Positions 53,836 through 64,000 of a stretch of DNA of 64,000 bases are shown here, one piece after another (position 1 is the first letter of the stretch; each line of letters opens with the position of its first letter). The position numbers and the translations under genes were made by a program. Below the pieces are notes generated by a model, which was given only the letters and a program-made list of their open reading frames with translations, searched no databases and was not told the DNA's origin. Source of the stretch: an uncultured Verrucomicrobiae bacterium (GTDB lineage Bacteria > Verrucomicrobiota > Verrucomicrobiia > Chthoniobacterales > UBA10450). The stretch lies in assembly GCA_963815455.1 (NCBI GenBank), contig CAWFGO010000001.1, positions 1,344,001-1,408,000 of the forward strand. Direction: 5' to 3'.

Positions 53836-56099
53836 GCGATTTTCCTTTCGCTTACCCGCGGCAGAATCACGATAAAAGTGCTGCCTTTACCCGGTTCACT
53901 CTGCACTTCAATCGTGCCCTGCTGGAACTTCACGATCTTTTTCGTTAGCGCCAAGCCAAGGCCGGTGCCCTGATGGCTTCGGGCGAGGCCGGTATCGAGC
54001 TGCCGAAATTCGGTGAAAAGCTTGGCCAAATCCTCAGGCTCGATGCCGATGCCGGTGTCCTGGACTTGCAACCGCAAGTGCGTCTCGTCGCAGAGATCAG
54101 CGACGATATTCACGCGACCACCTTCGTCGGTGAATTTTACAGCGTTCGATAAGAGATTAAACAGGACTTGTTTCAGCTTCCGTCTGTCGAGCGTGACTTC
54201 ATCGGCCGAAGGGGCGATCTCGCTGTTAATTGCGACTTTTTTCTGTTGCGCCATCGGCCCAACGACTGAGCAGACTTCTTTGATGGCTTTGCCCACCGAG
54301 AACGCCTCCGGGCGCAGGTCCATTTTGCCCGCCTCGACTTTAGCGAGGTCGAGCACATCGTTAATGAGTTGAAGCAAATGCCGGCCACTATCGAAGATGT
54401 CGGTCACGTATTCCTTTTGCTTCGGCGTGAGCGTGCCCGTCTTTCCGTCAATTAGGAATTCGGAGAATCCAATAATTCCATTGAGCGGCGTGCGCAGCTC
54501 ATGACTCATATTGGCAAGAAACTCCGACTTCATTTGATCGGCCGATTCCGCCTGTTCTTTGGCTGATTGAAGTTCGATAGTGCGCTCGGCCACGCGCTGC
54601 TCGAGGCCAGCGTTCAGGCTGCGAATCTCCTCCTCGGCTCGCTTGCGTTCGGTGATATCGGTGCGAATGGCCACGTATTGCCGCGGTTTGCCATCTTCGC
54701 CGAGGAAAGGGAGGATGGTTGCGTCGACCCAATAGTTGGAGCCATCCTTCGCGCGGTTCTTAATCTCGCCATGCCAGACGTCGCCACGCGCAATCGTCGT
54801 CCACAGGTCGCGCATAAATTGCTTCGAGTGATAGCCCGAATTGATGATGCGGTGATCCTGGCCCAAGAGTTCTTCGCGAGAATATTTGGAGATCGTGCAG
54901 AACTTGTCGTTCACGTAGGTGATCTTTCCCTGCGGATTGGTCATCGCGACAATGGCGTGCTCGTCCAGCGCCGCCTTCAAGTCGCCGATTTCCTTGAACG
55001 AAGTTTTTAACTGATCTTCGGTTCGCTTGAGCTTGGTGATGTCGCGCGCCATTTTCGACACACCGATGATCGTGCCAGTAGCATCCTTGATTGGTGAGGC
55101 CGTGATCGAGACATTAATCATTTCCCCGCTCTTGGTTTGCCGCAACGATTCAAAGTGCACCACACTTTCACCACGCTTGATCTTCGCTAGAAGTTGATTC
55201 TCCTCATCCCGGAGGTCATTTGGAATCAGCCGCAAAATGGAGGTCCCCACCATTTCGCCGGCGGCATAGCCGAAGATTGTTTCAGCGCCTTTGTTCCAGC
55301 TCGTGACGATGCTGTTCAAATCTTTTCCAATGATCGCTTCATTCGAAGATTCTATAATCGCCGCCAGCCGGCTTGTGGCTCTTTCCGCCAGTTTGCGTTC
55401 GGTGATGTCGCGGACGTTACATTGGATGAGACGCTTTGTGCCCACGAGATAGGCGTTGCTGATGAACTCGACCTCCACCCGCCGCCCATCCTTCGTTTCC
55501 AAGGGCAGGCCTTCGCAACGAGGACGGTCTTCGCGTTGCAACTCGGCGAACGCCACTTTGGAAGCAGCGCTGCCTTTGAATGGACCGATCTCCCAGAGCT
55601 TTCTTCCCAGAAATTCTTCCTGCGAATAGCCGAGCAACTCTTTCATGACTGGATTGGCGTCGACCACCTGCCCGGTCTCGGCATCGAGAATGAGAATGCC
55701 GTCCTGCGCTGTTTCAAATAGCCGCCGATAACGAAGTTCGGAAGAGAGGATCGCCTCCACACTCCGAGCCTCAGCCTCTTCCGTTCTCATCTCCGCTTGC
55801 TCGGTCCGCGTTTTAGCCTGTTCTGTCCGCGTCTCGGCCTGTTCTGTCCGCGTCTCGGCTTTCTCCGTTCGCGTATTAGCTTGTTCGGTCCGCGTGTTGG
55901 CCTGCTCCGTCCGGGTATTGGCCTCGTCCGTCCGCGTATTGGCTTGGTCGACGCGCGTCTCAGCCTGCTCAATCAGCGTGTCCTGTCCGGGAACGTCTTG
56001 ATTCTCCTTTATTTTGTCCTCATCACCAACCACAGTTCGGCCCGGACCCTTGGCCGGCGATGACTTCGAGGGATTCTTATTAGTAAATATGGTGGACAC
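53832..56099 (-). CDS. Cytoplasmic 3xPAS histidine kinase with N-terminal heptad repeats
   Basis: FLANMSHELRTPL, NLLSNAVKF, DTGIGI, GTGLGL. Confidence 0.92.
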   Translation of the reverse strand: MSTIFTNKNPSKSSPAKGPGRTVVGDEDKIKENQDVPGQDTLIEQAETRVDQANTRTDEANTRTEQANTRTEQANTRTEKAETRTEQAETRTEQAKTRTEQAEMRTEEAEARSVEAILSSELRYRRLFETAQDGILILDAETGQVVDANPVMKELLGYSQEEFLGRKLWEIGPFKGSAASKVAFAELQREDRPRCEGLPLETKDGRRVEVEFISNAYLVGTKRLIQCNVRDITERKLAERATSRLAAIIESSNEAIIGKDLNSIVTSWNKGAETIFGYAAGEMVGTSILRLIPNDLRDEENQLLAKIKRGESVVHFESLRQTKSGEMINVSITASPIKDATGTIIGVSKMARDITKLKRTEDQLKTSFKEIGDLKAALDEHAIVAMTNPQGKITYVNDKFCTISKYSREELLGQDHRIINSGYHSKQFMRDLWTTIARGDVWHGEIKNRAKDGSNYWVDATILPFLGEDGKPRQYVAIRTDITERKRAEEEIRSLNAGLEQRVAERTIELQSAKEQAESADQMKSEFLANMSHELRTPLNGIIGFSEFLIDGKTGTLTPKQKEYVTDIFDSGRHLLQLINDVLDLAKVEAGKMDLRPEAFSVGKAIKEVCSVVGPMAQQKKVAINSEIAPSADEVTLDRRKLKQVLFNLLSNAVKFTDEGGRVNIVADLCDETHLRLQVQDTGIGIEPEDLAKLFTEFRQLDTGLARSHQGTGLGLALTKKIVKFQQGTIEVQSEPGKGSTFIVILPRVSERKIA
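55761..55970 (-). repeat. Ten 21-bp in-frame tandem repeats (EQANTRT-like)
   Basis: EQAETRV DQANTRT DEANTRT EQANTRT EQANTRT EKAETRT EQAETRT EQAKTRT EQAEMRT EEAEARS. Confidence 0.9.
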
Positions 56100-56337
56100 G
56101 GATACTTAAATGAATTGCGTTTTTCCCTATACGCGCCAGGGATCCACCTCCTTTGCGCTTGCTCCTTACTTGAGCAGCGGCCGTGCGCCGAGCGGGTGCG
56201 GATATTACGCATTTCTGCTACGAGAAAAGCCGCAACAGCGGACCGTAAATCCTCTCTTAGTATCGCCCAGGATGCGACCTAACCGATCGTTCAACGGAGG
56301 AAGGGATTGTCTTGTTAGGTAGAAACTGCTATCCGCG

Positions 56338-58191
56338 CTAAGCTCCCAGCTCAACTGCTCCCGCTAATTGAAGTCTCGCTGAGACATCCAATGCCGCTTT
56401 CGACTCTACGTTGGGAGCAATTTGTTGAAGCACATGCTGAAGTTGTTCGAAATTAATCGGTTTGACCAAGTGGGCCAGGAAACCTGCCTGCTGTGTCCTG
56501 GCGCGATCTTCCGCCATGCCGTATCCGCTAAGAGCAACGCCGCGCAGGCCATATTGCTTAGCCAAGTGCCGCATCAAATCGATCCCGCTCCCGTCCGGAA
56601 GCCCGAGATCGCTGATGACCAAATCAAACGAATTGGTGGACGCCAACAGAAGAGCCCCTTTCACCGTACAAGCGGTAAGCACATTATGGCCGTGCCGGCA
56701 AAGGAGACGCGCGAGCACCGACATCGTCGGCTCATGATCTTCAATCACGAGCAGGCGCAGATGCTGCGATTTGGTCGCACCGTTCTGAGAGCTCGCATTG
56801 TCCAACACCTGCGAACTTGGAAATGGTAACACCGTGGCAAGTTGGACGGTAAATAACGCTCCCAGCCCTGGGCCGGCGCTCTCGGCGCGAATGGTTCCGC
56901 CGTGCAACTCCATGATCGCTTTTGAAATCGATAACCCGAGCCCTAATCCACCGGGACCTTGAGGTCCTGGCGTATCTCCCTGTCCAAAGACGCGAAAAAT
57001 AACGGGCAACATCTGCGGATCGATCCCTGCGCCCGTGTCTTGCACCGTAACGGCGAATTGGCCCGGTGCGGGATTGGCGGTGCGCACGATGACTCGTCCA
57101 CCCGTCGGTGTAAACTTGATGGCGTTTTTCATTACATTCCAAAAGACCTGATGGAGTCGCGCCTCATCGCCACCGACATGGTGTTCGCTCGCCGTCAAAT
57201 CAAACTGCAAATGGATGGACTTCTGCCGCGCGTCGCTGCCTACGATCTGTTCGGTGTGTAAGAGCAATGAATGAACATCGACCGGTCCCGATTGGACCAG
57301 TTGAAACTTACCGTTAGCAATCCTGGTGTGATCGAGCAAGTCATCGATCAGTCGAGCTTCGAGCTCGACATTGCGCCGAATCATGGCCAGTTGTTCACGA
57401 AACTCCGGTTCGATTGCGCCTTCCTGTTCCAGAGCAGACACACATAGCAGCACCGGGGTCAGCGGCGTTCGCAACTCATGCGAGAGAGTGGCCAGGAAGT
57501 TGTCTTTGGCGCGGTTGGCCTGCTCGGCTTCTTCCCTGGCGCTCCGAGCCTCTGCGTGCACGAAAAGCGACTCCGTTACCATCCGCTCGCGTTCCGCGAC
57601 TTCGGTCTGTAATCTGACGTTAAGCTCTTCGAGCTCGCAAACCTTGTGGGCCAGTTTGTCGGTAACAACACGCAGATGACTGCTAGTAAACTCCGGCTCC
57701 GAAAACGGACCGCTCGCGCGGAATGGTGAGGCAAGCGCCTCCTCCACAACCTTGAGAACTTCTGCCGACTTGACCGGTTTGACAAAGATGTGGCGGACGC
57801 CACACGCTTTGGCGAGCTTCCGCGATTCTTCTTCGATGTAACTGGCTGTATAAAAAACTACCGTCGTATGCGCGATCTTGCGATCGAGGCGCAACTCGTC
57901 GCACGAATTCGTAGCCATCCATCTTCGGCATGAGAATGTCGACAATGACAAGGTCGGGATTTTCGATCGCGCACCATTTTTAGCGCTTGCGCGTCCGCTG
58001 TCCGCCTCGAGCAAGCGATGGCCGGAGTGCGCCAGCAGCGCAAAGAGAACTCGCCGTTCGATCGCCCAATCATCGACGATGAGAATTGTTCTTACCTTTG
58101 TCTTGGCGGGCGCTTCTTCGGCGCGGCCGTCGATGTTTCTTTTGTCGGAATTCCTTGGACAGGCTCTTTTCCTGGCGGGAAATTTTGTCAT
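56338..58191 (-). CDS. Hybrid histidine kinase REC-HisKA-HATPase-REC with three compensating +1 indels in the N-terminal REC
   Basis: ATLSHELRTPL, NAIKFT, GLGLGL; REC segments AQALKMVR and PDLVIVDILMPKMDGYEF lie in the other two frames at ~57900-58000. Confidence 0.8.
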   Translation of the reverse strand: MTKFPARKRACPRNSDKRNIDGRAEEAPAKTKVRTILIVDDWAIERRVLFALLAHSGHRLLEADSGRASAKNGARSKIPTLSLSTFSCRRWMATNSCDELRLDRKIAHTTVVFYTASYIEEESRKLAKACGVRHIFVKPVKSAEVLKVVEEALASPFRASGPFSEPEFTSSHLRVVTDKLAHKVCELEELNVRLQTEVAERERMVTESLFVHAEARSAREEAEQANRAKDNFLATLSHELRTPLTPVLLCVSALEQEGAIEPEFREQLAMIRRNVELEARLIDDLLDHTRIANGKFQLVQSGPVDVHSLLLHTEQIVGSDARQKSIHLQFDLTASEHHVGGDEARLHQVFWNVMKNAIKFTPTGGRVIVRTANPAPGQFAVTVQDTGAGIDPQMLPVIFRVFGQGDTPGPQGPGGLGLGLSISKAIMELHGGTIRAESAGPGLGALFTVQLATVLPFPSSQVLDNASSQNGATKSQHLRLLVIEDHEPTMSVLARLLCRHGHNVLTACTVKGALLLASTNSFDLVISDLGLPDGSGIDLMRHLAKQYGLRGVALSGYGMAEDRARTQQAGFLAHLVKPINFEQLQHVLQQIAPNVESKAALDVSARLQLAGAVELGA

Positions 58192-58313
58192 GCGGCATAA
58201 CCGAAAAAAGACGCAGTCGGCCGTTGAGGAAATACTGGCATCGTCGCCCGCAAGAATCACGGAGGATGCCAGCGATCGCGCGATTGAAGCGTCGACCTGA
58301 ATTGCGTATTCAA

Positions 58314-58342
58314 GTGAGGTGAGGAATTCGTTCTTACCTCAC
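58314..58342. promoter_or_regulatory. Intergenic inverted repeat
   Basis: GTGAGGTGAGGA-ATTCG-TTCTTACCTCAC. Confidence 0.35.
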
Positions 58343-58464
58343 GGCTTGCGCTGATTTCAAGGGAAGAATCACTCAACCGGGCTCCCAGACTTGCGCGCAG
58401 TCAACGGGCGATTTACTCACAGCTTGAATACGATTGCGCGTCCAAATCAGCCAGTCGGTTCAAG

Positions 58465-59119
58465 TCAGGCTCGACAATGTTATTGCGGATTGCGTAGCGA
58501 ACCAGTGCGGCGAGGGAGTCCAGGCCGAGCTTGCGCATGAGGGTTGCCCGGTGAGTTTCAGCCGTGCGGATGCTGATGCCCGAGGGAATTGGCGACCTCT
58601 TTGTTGCTCTCCACCTTGGCAAGGAGGCGCACCACTTCTCTTTCGCGTTCCGTCAAGGTATGTTCCTGCCCGTTTTGCTTTTTCCCTGAAGAAGAGGAGA
58701 GAAATTTTGCGAAAAGAATCTGCGAAATTGCGGGTGTGAAAAACGCCTTATGTTCGCTGAGCGATTTGATCGCCGCCACCAGATGCCGCCCGGCATCAGA
58801 TTTTTGGATATAGCTCTTCGCTCCGGCATCGAATAAGTTGCTCGATCATCTCCTCCGCGTGGTAGGCACTAAAGATCACGACTTCTGTATCTGGCAGGGC
58901 GCGCTTGATCTGGCGCAGAGCCTCCAGCCCGTCCAGCTCCGGCATGGTCAGATCCAAAACAACACTTCGGGCTTTAGTTTCTTGGCGGTCTCGACCACTT
59001 CCTCGCCGTTTGTGGCGGTGCCGCAGACTTGCCATCCAGGCTCATGCTCGATCAATGCCCGCACTCCCTTCCGCATTACCTCATGATCGTCGGCGACAAG
59101 AATTCTCAGTGGACGGCAT
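58465..59119 (-). pseudogene. NarL/FixJ-family response regulator, multiply frameshifted (probably sequencing error)
   Basis: Fragments LRILVADDH, VLDLTMPELDG, LTEREREVV, ISIRTAETHRATLMRKL across different frames. Confidence 0.8.
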
Positions 59120-59120
59120 T

Positions 59121-61137
59121 TTATTTTTCCGCGGTCGTTGTGCAGCACGCGATCAATCGCGCGCAGCAATGTTTCCCGAGAATAAGGCTTGTTCAGAAAT
59201 CCCTGCACCCCGATCTCAGGCAACTCGCCCGGGTTGTAATCGCTATCCCGCGCGCCGGAGACAATGATCTTTGCCTTGGCGCCCATCTTGCGCAGCGTTC
59301 GCGCGAGCACCAGGCCACTCATGATCGGCATGACCACGTCGGTCAGCACCACATCGATCTTCTTCGATTGTCGCACAAAAAGGGCGAGGGCGGACGGACC
59401 GTCTTCCGCCACAAGAACTTTGTAGCCACTCTTGGAAAGAACGGCCATGGCTACCTCTCGAATTGCCGGTTCGTCATCCACAATGAGGATGGTTTCGCCG
59501 TGACCGGTCGGAACCTCCATTTGCGCCTTGGTCTCGTCAGCTTGAAAACGCCCGGCGAGGATGGCAGAAGAACACGGAAAGTCGTACTGTTGGCAGTACT
59601 GGAAACAGTAATGACTCCCCCATGACTCCTGACAATGCCAAGCGCGCTCGAAAGCCCGAGTCCGGTACCTTTGCCAGGTTCTTTTGTGGTAAAGAAAGGA
59701 TCGAAAATCTTGTCGACAAACTGCCGCGGAATTCCGGGGCCAGTATCGATGACGCTGATCAGGATGTGAGGGCCTGGCTTAACGCCTGGCCTCATCGACG
59801 GCGGATTGTTCGTCGACGTCGAAATTTTCGGCAGCCAGCAACAGAGTTCCCCCTTCGGGCATGGCATCGCGTGCATTGAGACACAGGTTGAGCAACACCT
59901 GGTGCAGTTGCGTTGGGTCCGCCTCCACCAGCCGCAGGTCCTCCGCGTAACTCGTCCGCACCTCTACCGTCTTCGGGAAAGTCTGTTTCGCGATCTTCGC
60001 GATTTCTTCGATGCAGGTGAATTGGTTGCAAAAGAACCCGGTCGCCGCGCGCACCCCGGCAAAGGCGAGGACCTGTCTGACGATATCGGCCCCGCGCTGC
60101 GCGGATGATTCGATAGCGTTCAGAAATTTCTCTTTCCTCCGGGGACGGGTCGCCGCGCAGCATTGGCGCCACCATCAAGATTGGCACCAGGACATTGTTC
60201 AGATCGTGGGCCACCCCGCTGGCCAACGTTCCAATGCTTTCCAAGCGTTGCGTGCGCAGCAAGTGCTTCTCTAACTTTTTCCGCTCTGTGATGTCGGTGT
60301 TGATCCCGAGCACCGCCTGCGGCGTGCCATTGTCGTCTCGAATGAGGGTCACGCGAGCATCGACCACCACTTCAGATCCATCTTTGGTGCGGTGCTTGAC
60401 GCTCACCATGGAATTCGCCGGTCGAAAGCAACTGTTCGATCTGCAACCGCCGTCGCTTGATTCGTCGTAAATCAACTCACCCAGCGGCCGCCCGATCGCT
60501 TCACTCGCCTCCAGCCGTAGAGACGCTCCGCGCCGCTGTTCCAAACGGTGACGACGATCACTGCCGAAATCGCGCATGATAATGGCGTCCTGGGCGCGCT
60601 CGATAATATCGGCTTGCTCACGCAAGCGTTGCTCAGTTCGCTTTCGCTCCGTAATGTCGGTCCACACCCCCACCATTTGTTGCGGTCTGCCCGCTGCGTC
60701 GCGCACGACACGGCTATTATCTTGCACCCAATGATAACTCCCATCCTTGTGCCGAATCCGGTATTCCATCGCATAGCCACCGGTCTCTGAACGCTTCGGT
60801 CAGCACGCCTAACGGCTCGATCACGATCCTCCGGATGCAAGCTCTCCAGCCACCACTCATATGGTCATCGACTCGGCCGCAGTGAATCCAAGTAAACGCT
60901 CAATATTTTCGCTCACCAGGATTGGAACGATGTTCTTCCCTCTATTCTAAGGACGTAAAGAACCGCCGGGGTGTGGGCGAGCAGATGGTGCAGCTGTTGA
61001 TGCGCAGCCCCGGGTTCGCCGGCATCTCGCCAACCCTTTGGGTTCCGAACTCCTCCCTCGAAGTCTGAGGAGCTGGCGCGATCAAGACTGGATCGCTGAG
61101 GTATCCTCTCTATCTCAATAGGAGGAGCGGCGCACAA
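59121..61137 (-). pseudogene. 2xPAS hybrid histidine kinase, multiply frameshifted; paralog of 49932..53054
   Basis: Fragments [70 protein letters not shown]. Confidence 0.8.
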
Positions 61138-61187
61138 CTGGGGAGAAGCTAGTGTTCGTGTTTCGCGTACTCGTACAAGAATGAACC

Positions 61188-61244
61188 GGAAAATCCTTAG
61201 CGCGCCATAAGGAAAATCCTCGGAACGAGTTAGGTAGAATTACC
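61188..61244. promoter_or_regulatory. Candidate LuxR/NarL-family operator array
   Basis: GGAAAATCCT at 61188 and 61211, then GGTAGAATTACC at 61233 (22-23 bp period). Confidence 0.4.
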
Positions 61245-61267
61245 GAGCGCGACAAATCCCGATTTTT

Positions 61268-61930
61268 TCATTTAACGGGACCTTCTCCCGGCACCAGCCC
61301 GGCACGCATCGCGTAGCGAACTAAACCCGGCAGATCGCGGATACGCAATTTTCTCATTAGTTGCAAACGATGCGCGTCGACCGTTTTGCCGCTTAACCCG
61401 AGAGAAAATGCGATCTCTTTGGTACTATTGCCTTCAGCCATTAATTGCAGGATCTCGCGTTGTCTCGGCGTTAGGTTTTTCATGCCTCCATGGTTCCCGT
61501 CGATGCGCGCGAGATAATTTTCGATCGTCCGCCTGGAAATTTGCGGGCTAAAATACGTTTCTCCCTTCCTGACCGCGCGAATCGCCCGTTCCAAGTCAGC
61601 GAGCGACGCGTCTTTGATCAAATAACCCCGTGCCCCCGCCCGAAGAGCCTGCACGACATATTCTTCATTCGCGTACATGGAGAGGATAATGACTTGCGTG
61701 TTTGGAAACTCCTTGCGAATGCGGATACAGGCTTCCAAGCCGTTCAAACGCGGCATGGCCACATCCATTAACACCACGTCAGGCCGATGTTTTCTGAGCA
61801 TCTTGATGGCTTCACGGCCATCACCGCCTTCAGCTACGACCTTAAACGATGGAATTTTCTCCAGGAGCGAGCGAAAACCGGCGCGGACCAGCCGATGATC
61901 ATCGGCCAGGAGGATGCGCGTTTTTTTCAC
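61268..61930 (-). CDS. NarL/FixJ-family response regulator
   Basis: ILLADDH, MDVAMP, LTPRQREIL...KTVDAHR. Confidence 0.93.
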   Translation of the reverse strand: MKKTRILLADDHRLVRAGFRSLLEKIPSFKVVAEGGDGREAIKMLRKHRPDVVLMDVAMPRLNGLEACIRIRKEFPNTQVIILSMYANEEYVVQALRAGARGYLIKDASLADLERAIRAVRKGETYFSPQISRRTIENYLARIDGNHGGMKNLTPRQREILQLMAEGNSTKEIAFSLGLSGKTVDAHRLQLMRKLRIRDLPGLVRYAMRAGLVPGEGPVK

Positions 61931-62055
61931 GAGAGCCTGCCAAACTTAAACCGCTGAAATGCTTACAACTTTCACAAGAGGATAGTTGACCGCGCGGGTT
62001 GTCACCGGCAATAGGGAAAAACCTTACATCGGCGGTCTCCCACCCACCTGAATAT

Positions 62056-62709
62056 CTAGCGCTCGGCCGAGACCAATCCGCTGCGAATCGCATATCGTAC
62101 CAGGCCGGGAACGTCGTGGAGGTTCAATCGTTCCATTAATTGCAGTCGATGTGACTCGACCGTCTTAACGCTGATCTCCAGATCCGCGGCTACCTCTTTT
62201 GTGTTTTTTCCCTCGGCAATTAGTTGCAAAATCTCGCGTTGTCGCGAGGTCAGCTTTTCGAGCGGGCTGACTGGTCCGCCGACACGCTGCAAATAATCGT
62301 CGAGCACCGTGCGAGAAATGGAGGGGCTGAGATAAACCTTGCCTTGAATCACTGAATTGATGGCCAGCTTTAAATCAGTGGTCGCCGAATCCTTGAGCAG
62401 ATAACCGGCAGCCCCACTGCGCAGCGCCCGGATGACATATTCTTCATTCGCGTGCGCCGAAAGAATGATCACTTTCACCCCCGGGAAATCTTTCGTGATT
62501 CGCGGCAGCGCCTCTAACCCCCCCAGCCCGGTCATGGCGATATCCATCAAAACAAGATTTGGCAGTCTCGATTTCACCATTTCGACCGCTTCTCGCCCCG
62601 TGCTCGCTTCACCGACCACTTCGACATTTGGAATCTTCTCGATTAATGCCCGGATACCAGAACGGACGAGAATGTGATCGTCCGCGAGAAGCACACCGAT
62701 TGCATTCAT
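62056..62709 (-). CDS. NarL/FixJ-family response regulator
   Basis: VLLADDH, MDIAM, LTSRQREIL...KTVESHR. Confidence 0.93.
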   Translation of the reverse strand: MNAIGVLLADDHILVRSGIRALIEKIPNVEVVGEASTGREAVEMVKSRLPNLVLMDIAMTGLGGLEALPRITKDFPGVKVIILSAHANEEYVIRALRSGAAGYLLKDSATTDLKLAINSVIQGKVYLSPSISRTVLDDYLQRVGGPVSPLEKLTSRQREILQLIAEGKNTKEVAADLEISVKTVESHRLQLMERLNLHDVPGLVRYAIRSGLVSAER

Positions 62710-64000
62710 TCTTTGGAATGACGGCCCTGGCCATCGGGCCGGGATATCAACGGCAGAAATACTTCAAGTGTTGTTCCTTTGTTTGGCGACGAGATAATCT
62801 TGGCTTGCCCGCCGACCAGAGCGGCGCGCTCTCTCATTCCGATCAGACCAAGCTCCGCTGCTTGCCCTCGGACCAACTCGACATCGAAGCCGATGCCGTC
62901 ATCTCGAATGAAAAGCCTCAATTTCTCGTTCTCGCACCGAAGATCGACATCGATTTGCGTCGCATTCGCATGGCGCACCGCGTTGGTGATCCCTTCCTGC
63001 GCAATACGGAAACACGTCGTCTGGACTTCCGGATCGAGGTTCTCCGGCATATTCTCCGCCGAAAAACTCACTGCGACCGACGCGCGCCGTCCCTGTTCAT
63101 GAAGCAACGAACGGAGCGCGGGAACTAACCCCAAGTCGTCCAGCATCGAAGGGCGCAAATCCAATGAAATTTGTCGGACCTGGCCAAGCAAACGGTCGAG
63201 AATCGCCGTGGTTTCCTGCAGTCGCGCAACGGTGGCCCTATCCCCGTTAGCTATGACTGATTGCAGATTGAGTTTAGCCGCCGTCAGCGCCTGGCCAATC
63301 TCGTCGTGCAACTCCCGCGCAAGGTGACGACGTTCTTCCTCCTGAACTTTAAACAAGCGGCGCGAGAGAAACCGCAGTTGATGATTCGCCGTGTTCAGGG
63401 CTTCTTTCGCCTTCTTGCTTGCGGTCACTTCCACAGCGATAACACCGACCGCTTCCGGCTGGCCATGTCTCCCAACAATCGGGAACAGCGATTCCATCCA
63501 GTACCCGGTGACGCCTGGCTTCCGCGGCGTTTCGCCGTTCAGTTCGATGTCCAAAATCGGCTCTCCCGTGGCGAGTACCCGCTCGAGCAGCGGCGTGATT
63601 ACGGGGCTAAACGAGGGCAAGACTTCTTGAATCGTCCTGCCCAGATGTTCCTTCGCCGGCAGCCCATTCATGCCGGCCAGGGTATCGTTGATCTGAGCAT
63701 AGCGCAGTTTCTCATCAAGAATGCACAAGCCCGCCGTGGCGCCGGCGAAGAAGGAATTCAACCGTCGTTCTCGCAGCGCGACCTGGCGCTCCAGCTCCTT
63801 GCGCTCGGTAACGTCGCGGGCCACACAAAAAAACATCGGTTGTCCGGCAATTCGCACGCCCGTCGCGCACACCTCCACGTCGAAGACTGAGGAGTTATCT
63901 TTGCAACGGTGTCGCGTTTCAAAGACTACGCTTTTGTCAACTAGGGTGAGCAGGCTTTCTTGCAATTGTTTACGCGTCCATTGCGCATCCCAGTCTGCCA
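62706..64000 (-). CDS. PAS sensor histidine kinase, HisKA_3 (NarX/UhpB type); 5' end outside the window
   Basis: EEERRHLARELHDEIGQ, LRPSMLDDLGL, QEGITNAVRHA, DDGIGF, GLIGMRER. Confidence 0.92.
   Translation of the reverse strand, partial: ADWDAQWTRKQLQESLLTLVDKSVVFETRHRCKDNSSVFDVEVCATGVRIAGQPMFFCVARDVTERKELERQVALRERRLNSFFAGATAGLCILDEKLRYAQINDTLAGMNGLPAKEHLGRTIQEVLPSFSPVITPLLERVLATGEPILDIELNGETPRKPGVTGYWMESLFPIVGRHGQPEAVGVIAVEVTASKKAKEALNTANHQLRFLSRRLFKVQEEERRHLARELHDEIGQALTAAKLNLQSVIANGDRATVARLQETTAILDRLLGQVRQISLDLRPSMLDDLGLVPALRSLLHEQGRRASVAVSFSAENMPENLDPEVQTTCFRIAQEGITNAVRHANATQIDVDLRCENEKLRLFIRDDGIGFDVELVRGQAAELGLIGMRERAALVGGQAKIISSPNKGTTLEVFLPLISRPDGQGRHSKE

Noticed and set aside
58948..59520. 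Apparent REC-REC fusion protein
   Set aside because: Explained by indels at ~59117-59128 joining the kinase's REC to the next NarL regulator

Overview
GC-rich bacterial chromosome segment with almost every gene on the minus strand. Gene style suggests a soil Verrucomicrobiota (Chthoniobacterales-like) genome; this is an inference. It has four blocks. (1) 0-26.3 kb: glucan-mobilisation and fermentation cluster (usp, ackA, xfp, glgP, pgm, malQ, class I aldolase, glgX, LOG protein, a ~3070-aa NdvB/Cgs-like GT84-GH94 protein, adhP) plus one MFS transporter on the + strand. (2) 26.3-39.3 kb: an ECF sigma factor translationally coupled to a membrane Ser/Thr kinase-TPR protein, followed by many small unannotated ORFs, an RND pump and gene remnants. 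(3) tRNA-Thr(TGT) and a secreted beta-helix/Calx-beta protein. (4) 42-64 kb: a dense two-component cluster of about 6 histidine kinases and 8 receiver proteins. The main finding is a non-coding motif present six times downstream of the sigma/kinase pair: (T/C)GAAA(T/G)G-N10-AA(C/G)T-CGnnAnATA on the minus strand. Its spacing is invariant, and an ATG/GTG lies 33 nt (once 32 nt) from the first base of every copy. It looks like the ECF sigma's target promoter. If so, it defines a kinase-controlled, possibly leaderless regulon linking small proteins, efflux, a USP and the phosphoketolase-glycogen operon. Several genes carry single-base frameshifts, mostly +1 and very dense at 56-61 kb, which are probably long-read assembly errors.
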